DNA of 63,940 nucleotides, filler included, from Octopus bimaculoides (taxonomy: Eukaryota): the NCBI RefSeq assembly GCF_001194135.2. It is 6 parts of 6 records of this genome, joined end to end, with 100 filler letters (N's around TTAATTAATTAA, not from the genome) between each part and the next. Parts side by side here need not be neighbours in the genome. Positions count along the whole stretch, not along the records: positions 1 to 29,939 come from NC_068984.1; 5 more parts are not named here. The stretch is one strand, 5' to 3'. The notes under the pieces are model-generated. The model ran no database searches. It saw only the letters and a program-made list of their open reading frames with translations, and had not been told where the DNA came from. The position numbers and the translations under genes were made by a program. Below, one piece after another: positions 1 to 11,723 of the stretch. Each line of letters opens with the position of its first letter. The first letter of the stretch is position 1.

Positions 1-51
1 GTTGGGGGGAACAAACATATACGCACACATACACACACACACATATATACT

Positions 52-97
<46 letters not shown>

Positions 98-121
98 TGT
101 ATAAATATATATATATATATA

Positions 122-159
<38 letters not shown>

Positions 160-275
160 GTCGGGCTTCTTTCAGTTTACTTTTGTTACATCCACTCCTA
201 AGGCTTTGGTCAGCCCGACGCTATAGTAGAAGACACTTACCCAAGGTGCAACGAAGTATGTCTGAACTCGGAACT
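1..275 (-). mobile_element. Tripartite SINE family AB copy (end of tail part + internal CA/TA microsatellite + CORE/head part)
   Basis: GTTGGGGGGAACAAAC at 1, (CA)/(TA) run 17-158, then CGTCGGGCTTCTTTCAGTTT...GAAGACACTTACCCAAGGTGC, matching copies at 37290-37590 and 59846-60191. Confidence 0.8.
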
Positions 276-671
276 ATCGACTGAAGTAAACCCTACTTTT
301 CGATGAAGAGGGACTCAGTTAACATCGGCACGGGGGAGCACAGAGATATGCAGTTCTGTTGTCTCTTATATCTTAGGTGCACTGAATAAAAAATTTACCA
401 AAATTGATAAGGGATTATATTTATGTGCGTGTTATAGTCAATTTTCTAGCAAAATACATACATTGAGCACATTTAGAAAAGCCTATGTCAGCACCTGCTG
501 TAATTTTGCCTTAAAATTAACTATCGCTACGAACATAAATATCGTAAAATGTTTAGAAGTTAGTCTTAACATTAACCTTTTAAATCTTATGAAATATTCG
601 CATTTATTGATAGAGCTTTCTTCATATTCCCATAGATTTAAAGAATATTTTTGATATTAGTAAGATTTAGC

Positions 672-870
672 TTTTACTTGATTTTGCTTCAGCCGTTGGA
701 CTGCGATCATACTGGAGAACGGCCTTGAAGGCTTTGTGTAGAACAAATCGATTTTAGTGCTTACGTTTTCTTCTTATGTTCGGTACTTATTCTATCGTTC
801 AATTTTGCCGAACTGCTTACGTTATGCGGATGTAATGAAACCAACAAGCGGTTTTATTACAAGCGGTTAG
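672..870 (-). mobile_element. Diverged SINE AB tail segment
   Basis: TTTTACTTG...TTCAGCCGTTGGACTGCGATCATACTGGAG...GGTACTTATTCTATCG...TTTGCCGAACTGCT, similar to the reverse complement of 45150-45365. Confidence 0.65.
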
Positions 871-1014
871 GAGAGGGTGGAGAACATACAACCCATCCCC
901 CCACACACACATACTCATAGAGAGAGTGAGAGGGATTAGAGTGATAGACATTCGTTTCATAAAACAGGTATATTATATTAACGTATGTATGCATGAATGT
1001 GTAAATGTAAATGT

Positions 1015-1015
1015 A

Positions 1016-1069
<54 letters not shown>

Positions 1070-1387
1070 CATATCTCTCTATCTATCTTTCTATCTCTCT
1101 CCCCTCTCTTTCTCTCTCTCTTTCTTTCTCTCTCCCCTCTCTTTCTCTCTCTCTTTCTTTCTCTCTCCCCTCTCTTTCTCTCTCCCCTCTCTTTCTCTCT
1201 CTCTTTCTTTCTCTCTCCCCTCTCTTTCTCTCTCTCTTTCTTTCTCTCTCCCCTCTCTTTCTCNNNNNNNNNNNNNNNNNNNNNNNATCTCTCTCCCCTC
1301 TCTTTCTCTCTCTCTTTCTTTCTCTCTCCCCTCTCTTTCTCTCTCTCTCTCTTTCTCCCTCTCCTCTCTTTCTCTCTCTCCTCTCGT

Positions 1388-1422
<35 letters not shown>

Positions 1423-1452
1423 TTCTCTCTCCCCTCTCTTTCTCTCTCTCTC

Positions 1453-1506
<54 letters not shown>

Positions 1507-1510
1507 CTAT
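1015..1510. repeat. (TATC)n flanks plus complex polypyrimidine (CT) minisatellite
   Basis: (TATC)n at both ends; internal ~35-bp units like TCTCTCTCCCCTCTCTTTCTCTCTCTCTTTCTT; small N gap at 1264-1286. Confidence 0.9.
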
Positions 1511-2510
1511 ATAAGAAGATCAGGTTGAATTATTACGTGTATGAGAAAACTCTGCGAAATTGTGTATAGTCTCACTCGCGAGCGAATATTAACAGGTAGC
1601 TTGCTTTAGGTGTTATGCGAACAGACATAGACACCCACTCGACCCTCTAACTCTTAACTCGGTGAAGCGTCAAGGGTATGACAACGGGAGGAGAGACAGG
1701 GGGGAGGGAAAGAAAGAAAGAAAGAAAGAAAGATAGAAAGAAACAAACAATCTAACAAACAAAGAAAAAAAGGAAGAAGTTCTCACTAGCAATCAGCTGC
1801 TAACCATTTTCAGCTAAGTAGAACGTGAAACAAACTACATTCTTCAAGGACACTACACATGCTACCCAGTTGAAGAATCGAACCTACTACCTTTTGATTG
1901 TAAGTTCCACACCCTAAACACGAAGTCCGGAAGTGTAAACTGTATTAGAAAATTACTATTTGTAAATCGCACAACGAGAGATATGTAAACTGTATTACGA
2001 GTATTTGAAGTTTAAGCCACGAGATGTGTAATAGATTCCTCACGGGCTTAGTATCTCTGTATATGTGTGTATGCGTTTATTATAAATTGTGGAACAGGGT
2101 TTGTTTTAAATTTCTCCTTTCAATTGTTCGCGCCTACACACAAGATAACTATTGTATAATGATAATATCGTCGACTTAATTTTTATGAAAAATGGCTGTT
2201 AAAATCCCGTGGGATTTGTCCATAAGTTGTTGATTCAGCATCATCATGGCAGCTGATTAGTATGATATGCAATGTACAGTCAACTCTACATAATGTATAA
2301 ATATCTTTGAAGGGTTACAACAAATTTGTAATCACTTACACGGCGCCAGAATAAAAGCATAATAGCAATCTATTCTCTTTTGTATCGGCCTTCTGTTTTT
2401 ATTATAAAAGAATATTGTATTGTTGATATTATCAATTTAGCTAGTTTAAAACTGGAATCTCAAATTTATGATAAAGGAAAATATGACTGCTGTTATTATC
2501 TATCTCTCTA

Positions 2511-3270
2511 TATTATAATGATTGAAGAAGTGCAGGACTGTATCCATTCCCACCCCCCACATTATTAAAAAAAGTCATATTACTTTGAAGAAATTTTGAA
2601 TGATTATTAAAAACTGTTTAAACTTTAAAGTTTATTTGTATATCAAACATAAATTATAATGCTTAACATTACAAGATTCACTTCTGTTTTAAATGTCAAC
2701 TTCTGTTTGAATTCCATATGTAAACGAATAACTTTTCTTCGCGTTCGTAAAGAATGTAATAAAGCGAAACCCCCCCCCCCCNNNNNNNNNNNNNNNNNNN
2801 NNNNNNNNNNCCCCCCCCGAAACAACAACAAAACGAGTGAATTATTTTTAAAAGTATTACGTAGTGCAAAAACAATAATTCCAATGTGCGAGACTGTGTC
2901 CAGTGTTTTTACCCCCATGTTATTAAAAAAGTCATATCACTTTGAAGAAATTATTAATAAATTTATATTATAATGATTGAAGAAGTGCGGGACTGTGTCC
3001 AACCCCCTCCCCACGTTATTAAAAAGAAGTCATATTACTTTGAAGAAATTATATATGAATAATAAAAGATTTTTAAAACATAAATTATAATGCTTAATAT
3101 TACAAGATTCGCTTTTGTTTTAAATGTCAACTTCCGTTTGAATTCCATAAGTAAACAAATTGCTTTTCTTCGCGTTCGTAAAAAATGTAATAAAGCGAAA
3201 AAGAAAAAGAAACAACAAAAGAAGTGAATAAATTATTTTAAAAGTATTACGTAGTGCAAAAACAATAATC
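2511..3270 (+). repeat. Imperfect tandem duplication (~455-bp period) with a third partial subunit
   Basis: TATTATAATGATTGAAGAAGTGC at ~2511 and ~2966; both units end in GTAGTGCAAAAACAATAAT; the GACTGTGTCC...TTATTAAAAA.GTCATAT.ACTTTGAAGAAATT subunit occurs three times. Confidence 0.9.
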
Positions 3271-3344
3271 TCTATCTAATAGAATTAAGCTTTCAAATTG
3301 TGTTAGACTGCAGTTATACTGGAGTACCACCTTGAAATTATTTA

Positions 3345-4268
3345 GTTAATAATATCATCTCCCAACACAATTCTTCGCACATTGTCAGATGTATGTTGCA
3401 TTATCAAGAGCGTGCCTGAAATTTCAGACACTCCACTATCGGCCCAACACCAAGCTAAAATCTGAATACACTGGACCAGAAGGTAATACGATCTCAGGGT
3501 CAGAGTCGGTGCGTGATCTGGGGGCTCACATGAGCAATGAGGCAACATTCCATGTGCATATTACCAAGATGGCAACACTGTGCAGGTGAGTGGCTGCATG
3601 GATTCTGAGGACTTTCAGAACCAGGAAAAGGGAAGCCATGCTACCTCTATGGAAGACTTTCGTTCTCAACCGCTTGAACTACTGCTCTCAGCTATGCTCC
3701 CCAGAGTGCGTGAAACAAACTGTGGAACTCGAAGCAATCCAGCGCCAATACACAAAGATTGACTTGATGCAAAAGATGGGTTACTGGGAGAGGCTAAAGG
3801 AGATGAGTCTCTATTCCCTGGAAAGAAGACGAGGGAGATATGCGGTGATATATATTTGGGAGATCTTGGAGTGTTTAGCTCCCAATTTTGAAATTGACTG
3901 CTATACCAATCCTCGAACTGGACGGCACAGTATCATACCAAACATCCCGTCTTCCTCATCTAAAATAAGGACACAGTACTGCAATAGTCTGGGTTTGAAG
4001 GGCCTGCAATTGTTCAACATCCTTCCAGGCAACCATAGAGATCTACATGGTGTTGACGTGGAAGTTTTCAAGGAACGTCTGGACAGGTTTTTATCTGAGA
4101 TACTAGATGAACCCACATCGCAGCAGAAGACGCAAAGAAGACCAGCTCCATCCAACTCGCTACTTCATTAAAAACAATATCGGAAACAACACCGAGGAAC
4201 TACAGGTGGAGCACCAACATTACCTCAGCCCTGGGCTGAAACCAGTAAAAACGTAAAAGATAAAAGAT
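3345..4268 (+). mobile_element. 5'-truncated CR1/L2-group non-LTR retrotransposon: RT C-terminus, 3' UTR and (TAAAAGA)-like tail
   Basis: ORFs 3389-3589 and 3590-4171 give VRDLG, WILRTF, YCSQLCSP, YWERLKEMSLYSLERRR, typical of CR1-group ORF2 ends; 3' end has hairpin TCAGCC/GGCTGA and GTAAAAGATAAAAGA repeats. Confidence 0.85.
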
Positions 4269-5986
4269 ATTAGTAATGCAAAGCAAACGAACTGACTTAA
4301 AGTATGAAATAAAATGTGTTTGAAGATTTGAATTCGCCGGTTGGTGAAGTGTATTTATTCTACAATGTTGTTCGACTCTTGATTTTAATAAGGTTCCAAA
4401 GTTTATTGTTATTATTTAATATTCAATATCTGCCTCATAGTTTTGCATATATAAAACCAAGAGTCACAATAACCATCGAAATGATGAACTTCATAAATAA
4501 TTGATTGACGACCACTGCAGTCCTAAAACCATGCCTACCCTTGGCCCTCAAGGCCGAATGCAGCCGATTTCTTCCAGTGAGCGAGACAGACAGACAGACA
4601 GACAACCGACAGACAATATAAAAGGAGAGAAAAAGAAAAATCAAGACGAAAAGTTGACATCGGGGTATTGAAATCAGATCGTAGAGAACTGCAAGGAATA
4701 CCGCAAGGCAATATATACAACTTTCACACGACTCAGTCATTTGGCTTTCTTATTGACCTAATAATACCTTAATCTGTTTTCTGTAGCATTAAGAAGATGA
4801 GAGATAAAACTACGTCTTGATGGTGGCTAAGGTTTTACCAAGAAGCAGTTCGATAATTTTAGAATCTATCTATTTCACATTATAATAAAGGTCAAGTACT
4901 TAGTAATTTATTCAATTTACCAGTGACAAATTGAAACGTCAGAGGAGAAATATGAATACATAAAACCTGCATTGGTGTTACATACCTTGCCCACTCGTCC
5001 ATTTCGTCTCAACATGAAAACTAGCAGAGATTGTTATTTTTATCAGGATGAGGTGTGGCTTAATAAAAATACTGAAGTTTAATTAGTCAGTTAGATACTC
5101 TAAAGAGATGTGTTTGACAATGATTACTCCAAATTTTTGCTGATCGGTTACAAAAACCGGATGCTACACAAAGGGAAATATATCAAAACATATCGCAGCA
5201 ACTGAGTGATTTTATATAGGTTTACATGTAGTCAATTTTACAAATGTAGTCATTTGGCTGAACAATTTGTCATATTATATGTTAGAGTACAAAAGTTGTT
5301 ATCAAGCCCAACATGTTTAATCTGGAGAGTATTGCTTCCAGGGTGTCACAGGTTATGCGCAGTATCATATTAGTTACATGTGTAACAATATGGAATATTT
5401 AATAGTCAACAAACAAGAAGCCATTCATAACATTTATAAAAGATATGATGCAACTAGCGAACGATTCAACAAACATAGATAAGAAACTAGACAACAGAAA
5501 CAATCACAGTAAACGTTCTCGAACAGGATCCAGAAGTGAGATCAGTTATTATCAAGGGCGTTATGTCGGCTAAAAGAAAACTAATTAATCAATAATGAAT
5601 ACAAGTACATAAAGTATATGACGCCTTTCAGTAATGTAAATGAGGCACGTTATAAATAAGTTCCAATGTCCGAGCATTATTTATTGTCTTCGAGCATTAA
5701 TACCAATTGGGATTCAAGTAGTCCAATGGCCAGTTTTCAAATTGTTTATAAGTTTTAAAATATTTTGCTGTAAGCAATTAATAGTTATAGACTATGCTGT
5801 ATATCTACTGAGCTATTTCAAGAGGCTAAAAATCGTCGAAATAGTAGGTCACTTTTTCTGCAGCTGCTTGTGGACACGTGTTTCTGACCCGATTGTCATC
5901 ATCAATTCAGCAGTTGTTTTACCTCATCTCCAACAGAATGAGACAGGTATACTCAAAGAAGAGCAGAACATGTTTACGGTCTAGTT

Positions 5987-6148
5987 CAGTGGTTCCCAAC
6001 CTGTGGTCCGCAAAGGTTATACTGGGGGTCCGTGAACTAAATTCAAAATTTCATATATATATATATAAGAATATGATGAATAAGAATATCCTGGGGTCTG
6101 TGGGAAAACTCATTTAAACAAAAGGGGTGCTTGGTAGGGAAAATGTTA
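5987..6148 (+). mobile_element. hAT (Charlie-like) MITE, 3' end eroded
   Basis: Starts CAGTGGTTCCCAACCTGTGGTCCGC (Charlie-type terminus) with internal GGGGTCCGTG subterminal motifs; the matching 3' TIR is not intact. Confidence 0.6.
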
Positions 6149-7445
6149 ATCTTGGCTTTCCTGCTGATGATAGCTGACCAAGCAAATTATTTTATTTTGC
6201 TGAAAATAGCTTGGTTCAGGAAATAGATGGTAAATGTTTTTACTTTTCATTCCCTTTCGAAATTATCCCTAATTGTGGTTTGGAGTTTGACTGCTCCTTC
6301 TAGCAGGTTAGATGTCCGGTTATGGACATCTCTCTTATGTGTTTAAATGTACACTGTTTGTATTTATATGAATAATATATAGTCTATTGACTAGTTTTTC
6401 TCTTCTCGCTAGACCACTAGTAGCAAAAAGAATTTCTAAATTTTTTTTGCTACCCTGAAATATATATATATATATATATATATATACACTCACACACACA
6501 AACACACTTGTTTACAGCTACGGAGAAAAAGACAGAAACCTTTGAAATGTGGAGATTTGCATATTGACAGGATAAGCAACACAGGATAGCAAAAATACTG
6601 CAGTACTAGGAAAGCTTAAAGTTCAAACACACACACNNNNNNNNNNNNNNNNNNNNNNNNNNNNNNNNNNNNNNNNNNNNNNNNNNNNNNNNNNNNNNNN
6701 NNNNNNNNNNNNNNNNNNNNNNNNNNNNNNNNNNNNNNNNNNNNNNNNNNNNNNNNNNNNNNNNNNNNNNNNNNNNNNNNNNNNNNNNNNNNNNNNNNNN
6801 NNNNNNNNNNNNNNNNNNNNNNNNNNNNNNNNNNNNNNNNNNNNNNNNNNNNNNNNNNNNNNNNNNNNNNNNNNNNNNNNNNNNNNNNNNNNNNNNNNNN
6901 NNNNNNNNNNNNNNNNNNNNNNNNNNNNNNNNNNNNNNNNNNNNNNNNNNNNNNNNNNNNNNNNNNNNNNNNNNNNNNNNNNNNNNNNNNNNNNNNNNNN
7001 NNNNNNNNNNNNNNNNNNNNNNNNNNNNNNNNNNNNNNNNNNNNNNNNNNNNNNNNNNNNNNNNNNNNNNNNNNNNNNNNNNNNNNNNNNNNNNNNNNNN
7101 NNNNNNNNNNNNNNNNNNNNNNNNNNNNNNNNNNNNNNNNNNNNNNNNNNNNNNNNNNNNNNNNNNNNNNNNNNNNNNNNNNNNNNNNNNNNNNNNNNNN
7201 NNNNNNNNNNNNNNNNNNNNNNNNNNNNNNNNNNNNNNNNNNNNNNNNNNNNNNNNNNNNNNNNNNNNNNNNNNNNNNNNNNNNNNNNNNNNNNNNNNNN
7301 NNNNNNNNNNNNNNNNNNNNNNNNNNNNNNNNNNNNNNNNNNNNNNNNNNNNNNNNNNNNNNNNNNNNNNNNNNNNNNNNNNNNNNNNNNNNNNNNNNNN
7401 NNNNNNNNNNNNNNNNNNNNNNNNNNNNNNNNNNNNNNNNNNNNN

Positions 7446-7479
<34 letters not shown>

Positions 7480-7879
7480 TCTCTCACACACACACACATG
7501 TATGTATGTATGTATGTATGTATGTATGTATGCATATCGACTGGACTCCGCTCACCAAAAATTTCGAGGCCTTGTGCCTAGAGTAGAAAAGAATACATTT
7601 GACTTGGAGACATGAGAAGGGACCTGTCTCTTGTGACGTTTGCCCTTAGGCTCTCTGTACCTGAAGAGAAAGTAACCACTCCGAAAGCATGCATCCCATA
7701 GTCCGGTTTGGGAGTGTTGTGAACTGACTCGGTGTATTTACACCTCTTTGTCTACAACTAGAAAAAGTTTTTTCTCCATGACAAAATACAGTGAATGGCT
7801 TTTTTACGGGTTCGAATATACCTCAAGCATATTTGAACTGGTAACAATTTTGCATATATATATATATATATATATAAAA

Positions 7880-8060
7880 TTTTATCTTTTATAGTTTCAG
7901 TCATCATGATTGCGGCCATACTGGGGTGCCACCTTGAAAGATTTGTTGTCGAACACATTCACCCCTGGACTCTTTTTTTATAATCCTAGTACTTATTTCA
8001 TCGGCCCTTTTGATGAACTACTATTTTACGTAATAAACAAGCACCAGTAGTTAAACGGGG
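7880..8060 (-). mobile_element. SINE AB tail segment
   Basis: TTTATCTTTTATAGTTTCAGTCA..GATTGCGGCCATACTGGGG...CCTAGTACTTATTTCATCGG. Confidence 0.7.
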
Positions 8061-8784
8061 AGAGTCACAAAGAGAGGCAGAAATTTCCACACAAACATAG
8101 TTACACACACACGCACACATATACGACGGACTACTTTGTGTTTCTGTCTACCAAATATATATATATACATACATAAATACATACATATACATACATGCAT
8201 ACATACATACATACATATATATNNNNNNNNNNNNNNNNNNNNNNNNNNNNNNNNNNNNNNNNNNNNNNNNNNNNNNNNNNNNNNNNNNNNNNNNNNNNNN
8301 NNNNNNNNNNNNNNNNNNNNNNNNNNNNNNNNNNNNNNNNNNNNNNNNNNNNNNNNNNNNNNNNNNNNNNNNNNNNNNNNNNNNNNNNNNNNNNNNNNNN
8401 NNNNNNNNNNNNNNNNNNNNNNNNNNNNNNNNNNNNNNNNNNNNNNNNNNNNNNNNNNNNNNTATATATATAGCTAATTGTGAAGGACAAAATGCTTCAT
8501 AAGCTCTTTGTTGGCACACCAGGTATATATATATACATAGACGTATATGTTTGGTTTGTGACGGTGAATTGTTCAAATTAATTCCATGACACCCCTTTCC
8601 CACTTTACTATATAGCATATATTTTTACGGTAGACGCTTGTATGTCACCAGCTCTTCCCTTCTTTACTTTTATCAGAACGAAATAAGCCGTTCTCGTTCA
8701 GACTCTTTTAGATGGTCATAAATCTGTTTGTCAACAGAAGGGAATGCATAGATTTGTGTATATATAAACGCCTATGCTGACACG

Positions 8785-8960
8785 GTGTAGGCGCCTGGCT
8801 AGTGCTTAAAGCGTTGCACTGACAATCGCAAGATAATATTTTCGAGTCCCGGACCGAGGGCTACACGGTGTTCTTGAACACTTAGTTTCACTTTGCTGCA
8901 CAACAAAATGACGTCTTGTTCAGTGGGAATCTTGTGGCCTACGTCACGTATAAACTATGG
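8785..8960 (+). mobile_element. Degenerate tRNA-derived SINE
   Basis: TGGCTAGTGCTTAAAGCGTTG (A-box-like) and TTCGAGTCC (B-box-like), followed by GTGTTCTTGAACAC..TTTCACTTTGCT as in other SINE heads here. Confidence 0.45.
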
Positions 8961-9159
8961 AAACTAGATAACCGGATTCTATGCGTCTTAGAACTCGAAA
9001 CAGCTGTGTCCAAGCGACTAATTTTTTGCTGGAACGACTCTGTGTTTATGCGAGTGTCTCTGTGTTTATAAGTGGATGTGTATGTGAGCATGTGCGAGCA
9101 TATGTGCATGTTTTAGACGTGTGTAAACGCATGCATATCTTAGAATACGCATTCAAATG

Positions 9160-9836
9160 TAAATGTGAACTGAAAAGTTCACAGGCTGAATATTAAAAGA
9201 ATGATGCTAGAACTGTGAAATCTTGCGTGCATTAATTCCAAACTCGTCTTATTAATAACTGTAAATGCAGCGAGCTAGCAGAATCGTTAGCACGCCAGGC
9301 AAGATACTTAACGGTATTTCGTCCGTCCTTACATTCTGAGTTCAAATTCCGCCGAGGTCGACTCTGTCTTCCATCCTTTCGGGGCCGATAAGATAAGTAC
9401 CAGTTGAGCACTGGGGTTGATGTAATCGACTTAGGCCCTTCCCCGAAATTGTTGACCTTGTGCCAAAACCATTAATAACTGTATTGTTTCTTACTATGTA
9501 AGCTGACATCTTACTATTCAAAGAAGACTTCAAAAATAACTAGTAGCAACTTCGATATCGTAGTGTTATCAAGTTCCTGCAGAAAACGGGTTGAGCCCCC
9601 AAAGACATTCATGTTGACGCGGTTGCTACACTAGGGGATGACGACCCCGCTTTATCACCAGTGCAAAAAAGCTTCTTTACCAATGGAATCCAAGCGCTGA
9701 AGCACCGATGGAAGAAGCATGTAAACCGCAAGGGGCACTATACTGTAAAATAAACCTCGTTTGGTCCCAGTCTCTGAGAATATCTTGGTCAGCCTATGAA
9801 CTTTTCAACTTATGAACTGTTCAGCCTATCTTCGTA
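9160..9836 (+). mobile_element. Internally deleted mariner element interrupted by a SINE D copy
   Basis: 5' TIR-like CTGAAAAGTTCACAGGCTGA (9170-9189) and inverted TCAGCCTATGAACTTTTCA (9789-9807); N-terminal remnant RYRSVIKFLQK..PKDIHVDAVATLGDD fused to C-terminal KSFFTNGIQALKHRWKKHVNRKGHY; ends TTCG-TA. Confidence 0.75.
9264..9470 (+). mobile_element. SINE family D with a 13-bp target-site duplication
   Basis: GCGAGCTAGCAGAATCGTTAG (A-box-like), GAGTTCAAATTCC (B-box); ATTAATAACTGTA at 9251-9263 and 9471-9483. Confidence 0.85.
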
Positions 9837-10189
9837 TATACTTATTTAATTAATCATTTTATATTATAATTGGTAAACACTAATTTTGTTAGTTATAGGT
9901 TTCCATAGATGGATTATTGGTTTACTGTATTTCTGACAGCGACAGACACAAGGGTGTCTTTGTTATTTGGTGCAAAACAATTATCGTATGTTTTTTTATA
10001 TGTGTATCAGCTTTCTTACCTGTGCGTGTGTGTATACCCGCCACTGTTATGTATTAATGGAAAAAATGTGTTTTGTGCGTGAATGCGTGTGCATGCGTCT
10101 TAAAATATGTGTATTACGTATAATATGTAATACGTGCATGCTACACTGTTTACCAACGTGTAATCGGGTGTATACCTATGTGTATACGA

Positions 10190-10236
<47 letters not shown>

Positions 10237-10984
10237 TGTGAGCGCACATGTGCGCGAGTGTATGACTGCTTGCTATAGCATGTTTGGACAGCCAAAAAAT
10301 TTATTATGCGCAAGGATATGTGTCTGTGTGTGCGTGTTTGAGTAAGAACGTATATACATGCATGCATACATACATACATACATACACACATACATACGCA
10401 CATATATATATATATATCAGCATACAGACACATATACTTTTGCGCATACACACATATATATATATGTGTGTATATATGCTACACACGCAATATATATGTA
10501 TTTGTATGTATATACATATGTATATACATATGTATATGTGTGTCTCTGTGTGTGCGTGTATTTGTATCTTTCTATCCATGTGTACATATGTAATGTGCTA
10601 AATGTATCTGTGAGCGGTAAACGTCGACGACAGGAAAACGGGTCTAAAGTTAGAAACAATTAAATCGTATGCAACCGAGATTTACGCTGCTTACGTGATG
10701 TGTCGAAATAGCTAAGACGTAGAAAGAAACTGCGTAGTTTTAAAACGAACACCACAGTGATAAATGGATGTCACGAATGAACAACTGTGTCTTTCTCTAT
10801 GTGGCTTTTTAAAGTGCTAGAAATAGTAGACGAATGCCACTTCAAAATGCATCCTACTACTTATTAAAATAGGAGGCGCTGGCATAGTTTTGTGCTTGAA
10901 ATGTTTTGATGCTCGCGCCTGCTGTGTAGCACGCTAAATAAGTGTGTTGTTTGTTCTGTAAGCTTCGAATCGACTTCGGTTTTT

Positions 10985-11340
10985 CTGTTTTTTATTTAAT
11001 CTTCCGAGTCTGAGAGGAAGGGACAGTACCCATAACATTTTATGACCTTTGAGACCACTGAGCATGATGTCGCTAATGTCAGGTTTAACCTGCGGGATAA
11101 AACTATAGTAAGGAAGAAATTTTCGTAGGTCTGACGTTCTAGAGAAGAAAGATTGGACATTATAGTTAGTGCGAAGATTAGGGGTTTAGATCCAAGAAGT
11201 AACGAGACATGAAGAGACAAGGGGATAAGGAGTGTCAAAATAGAGAAGGGATAAGAGCAGCCTCTAAAGTAACGATAAATAAAACACAGAGAGGAGACAG
11301 CGCACCTATAGGCCAAGGACTGGGATGTTGAAACTAGTCC
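10985..11340 (-). mobile_element. Old CR1/L2-like LINE 3' remnant with A-rich tail
   Basis: ORF 10996-11316 has LAYRCAVSSLCFIYRYFRGCS, resembling the LAHRR.VASL.LFYRY..G.CS motif of invertebrate CR1/L2 ORF2 ends; A-rich tail on the minus strand. Confidence 0.55.
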
Positions 11341-11394
11341 TCAGAAATTGTGCTTAAGTATGTTGTGCATAAGTGTTTATATATATATATATAT

Positions 11395-11710
11395 AGGAGC
11401 GCTCCGTCGGCTACGACGCCGAGAGTCCCAGCGGATACGATCAACGGAACAGCTAGCTCGTGAAACTAACGTGCAAATCGCGGAGCACTCCACAGACACG
11501 AATACCCTTAACGTAGTTCTCAGGGAGATTCAGCGTGACACAGGGTGTGACAAGACTGGCCTTTTGAAATACAGGTACTACTCATTTTTGGCAGCTGAGT
11601 GGACTGGAGGAATGTGAAATAAAGTTGCTCAAGGGCACAACGCGTCGCCGAGAATTGACCCTTACGATCGTAAGCTAAATGCCCTAACCACTAAGCCACG
11701 CGCCTTCACT
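11395..11710 (-). mobile_element. tRNA-derived SINE family C, subtype C1
   Basis: Minus strand: TGGCTTAGTGGTTAGGGC (A-box), CCTTGAGCAA..TTTATTTCACATTCCTCCAGTCCACTCAGCTG middle, and 3' half shared with 27890-28277 and 44242-44590. Confidence 0.8.
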
Positions 11711-11723
11711 CTATACACAGACA

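Noticed and set aside
4780-5570. Possible decayed transposase or host exons (LDGG*GF, several AG acceptors)
   Set aside because: Short open stretches with no motif series I can confidently assign; needs a translated search.
6420-6453. 16-bp-stem AT-rich hairpin
   Set aside because: Mostly A/T homopolymer pairing, expected by chance in this composition.
7655-7700. CTGAAGA...CCGAAAGCATGCATC hammerhead-like string
   Set aside because: Helix I cannot form, helix II is broken, and an extra base disrupts the cleavage site; at most a dead relic.
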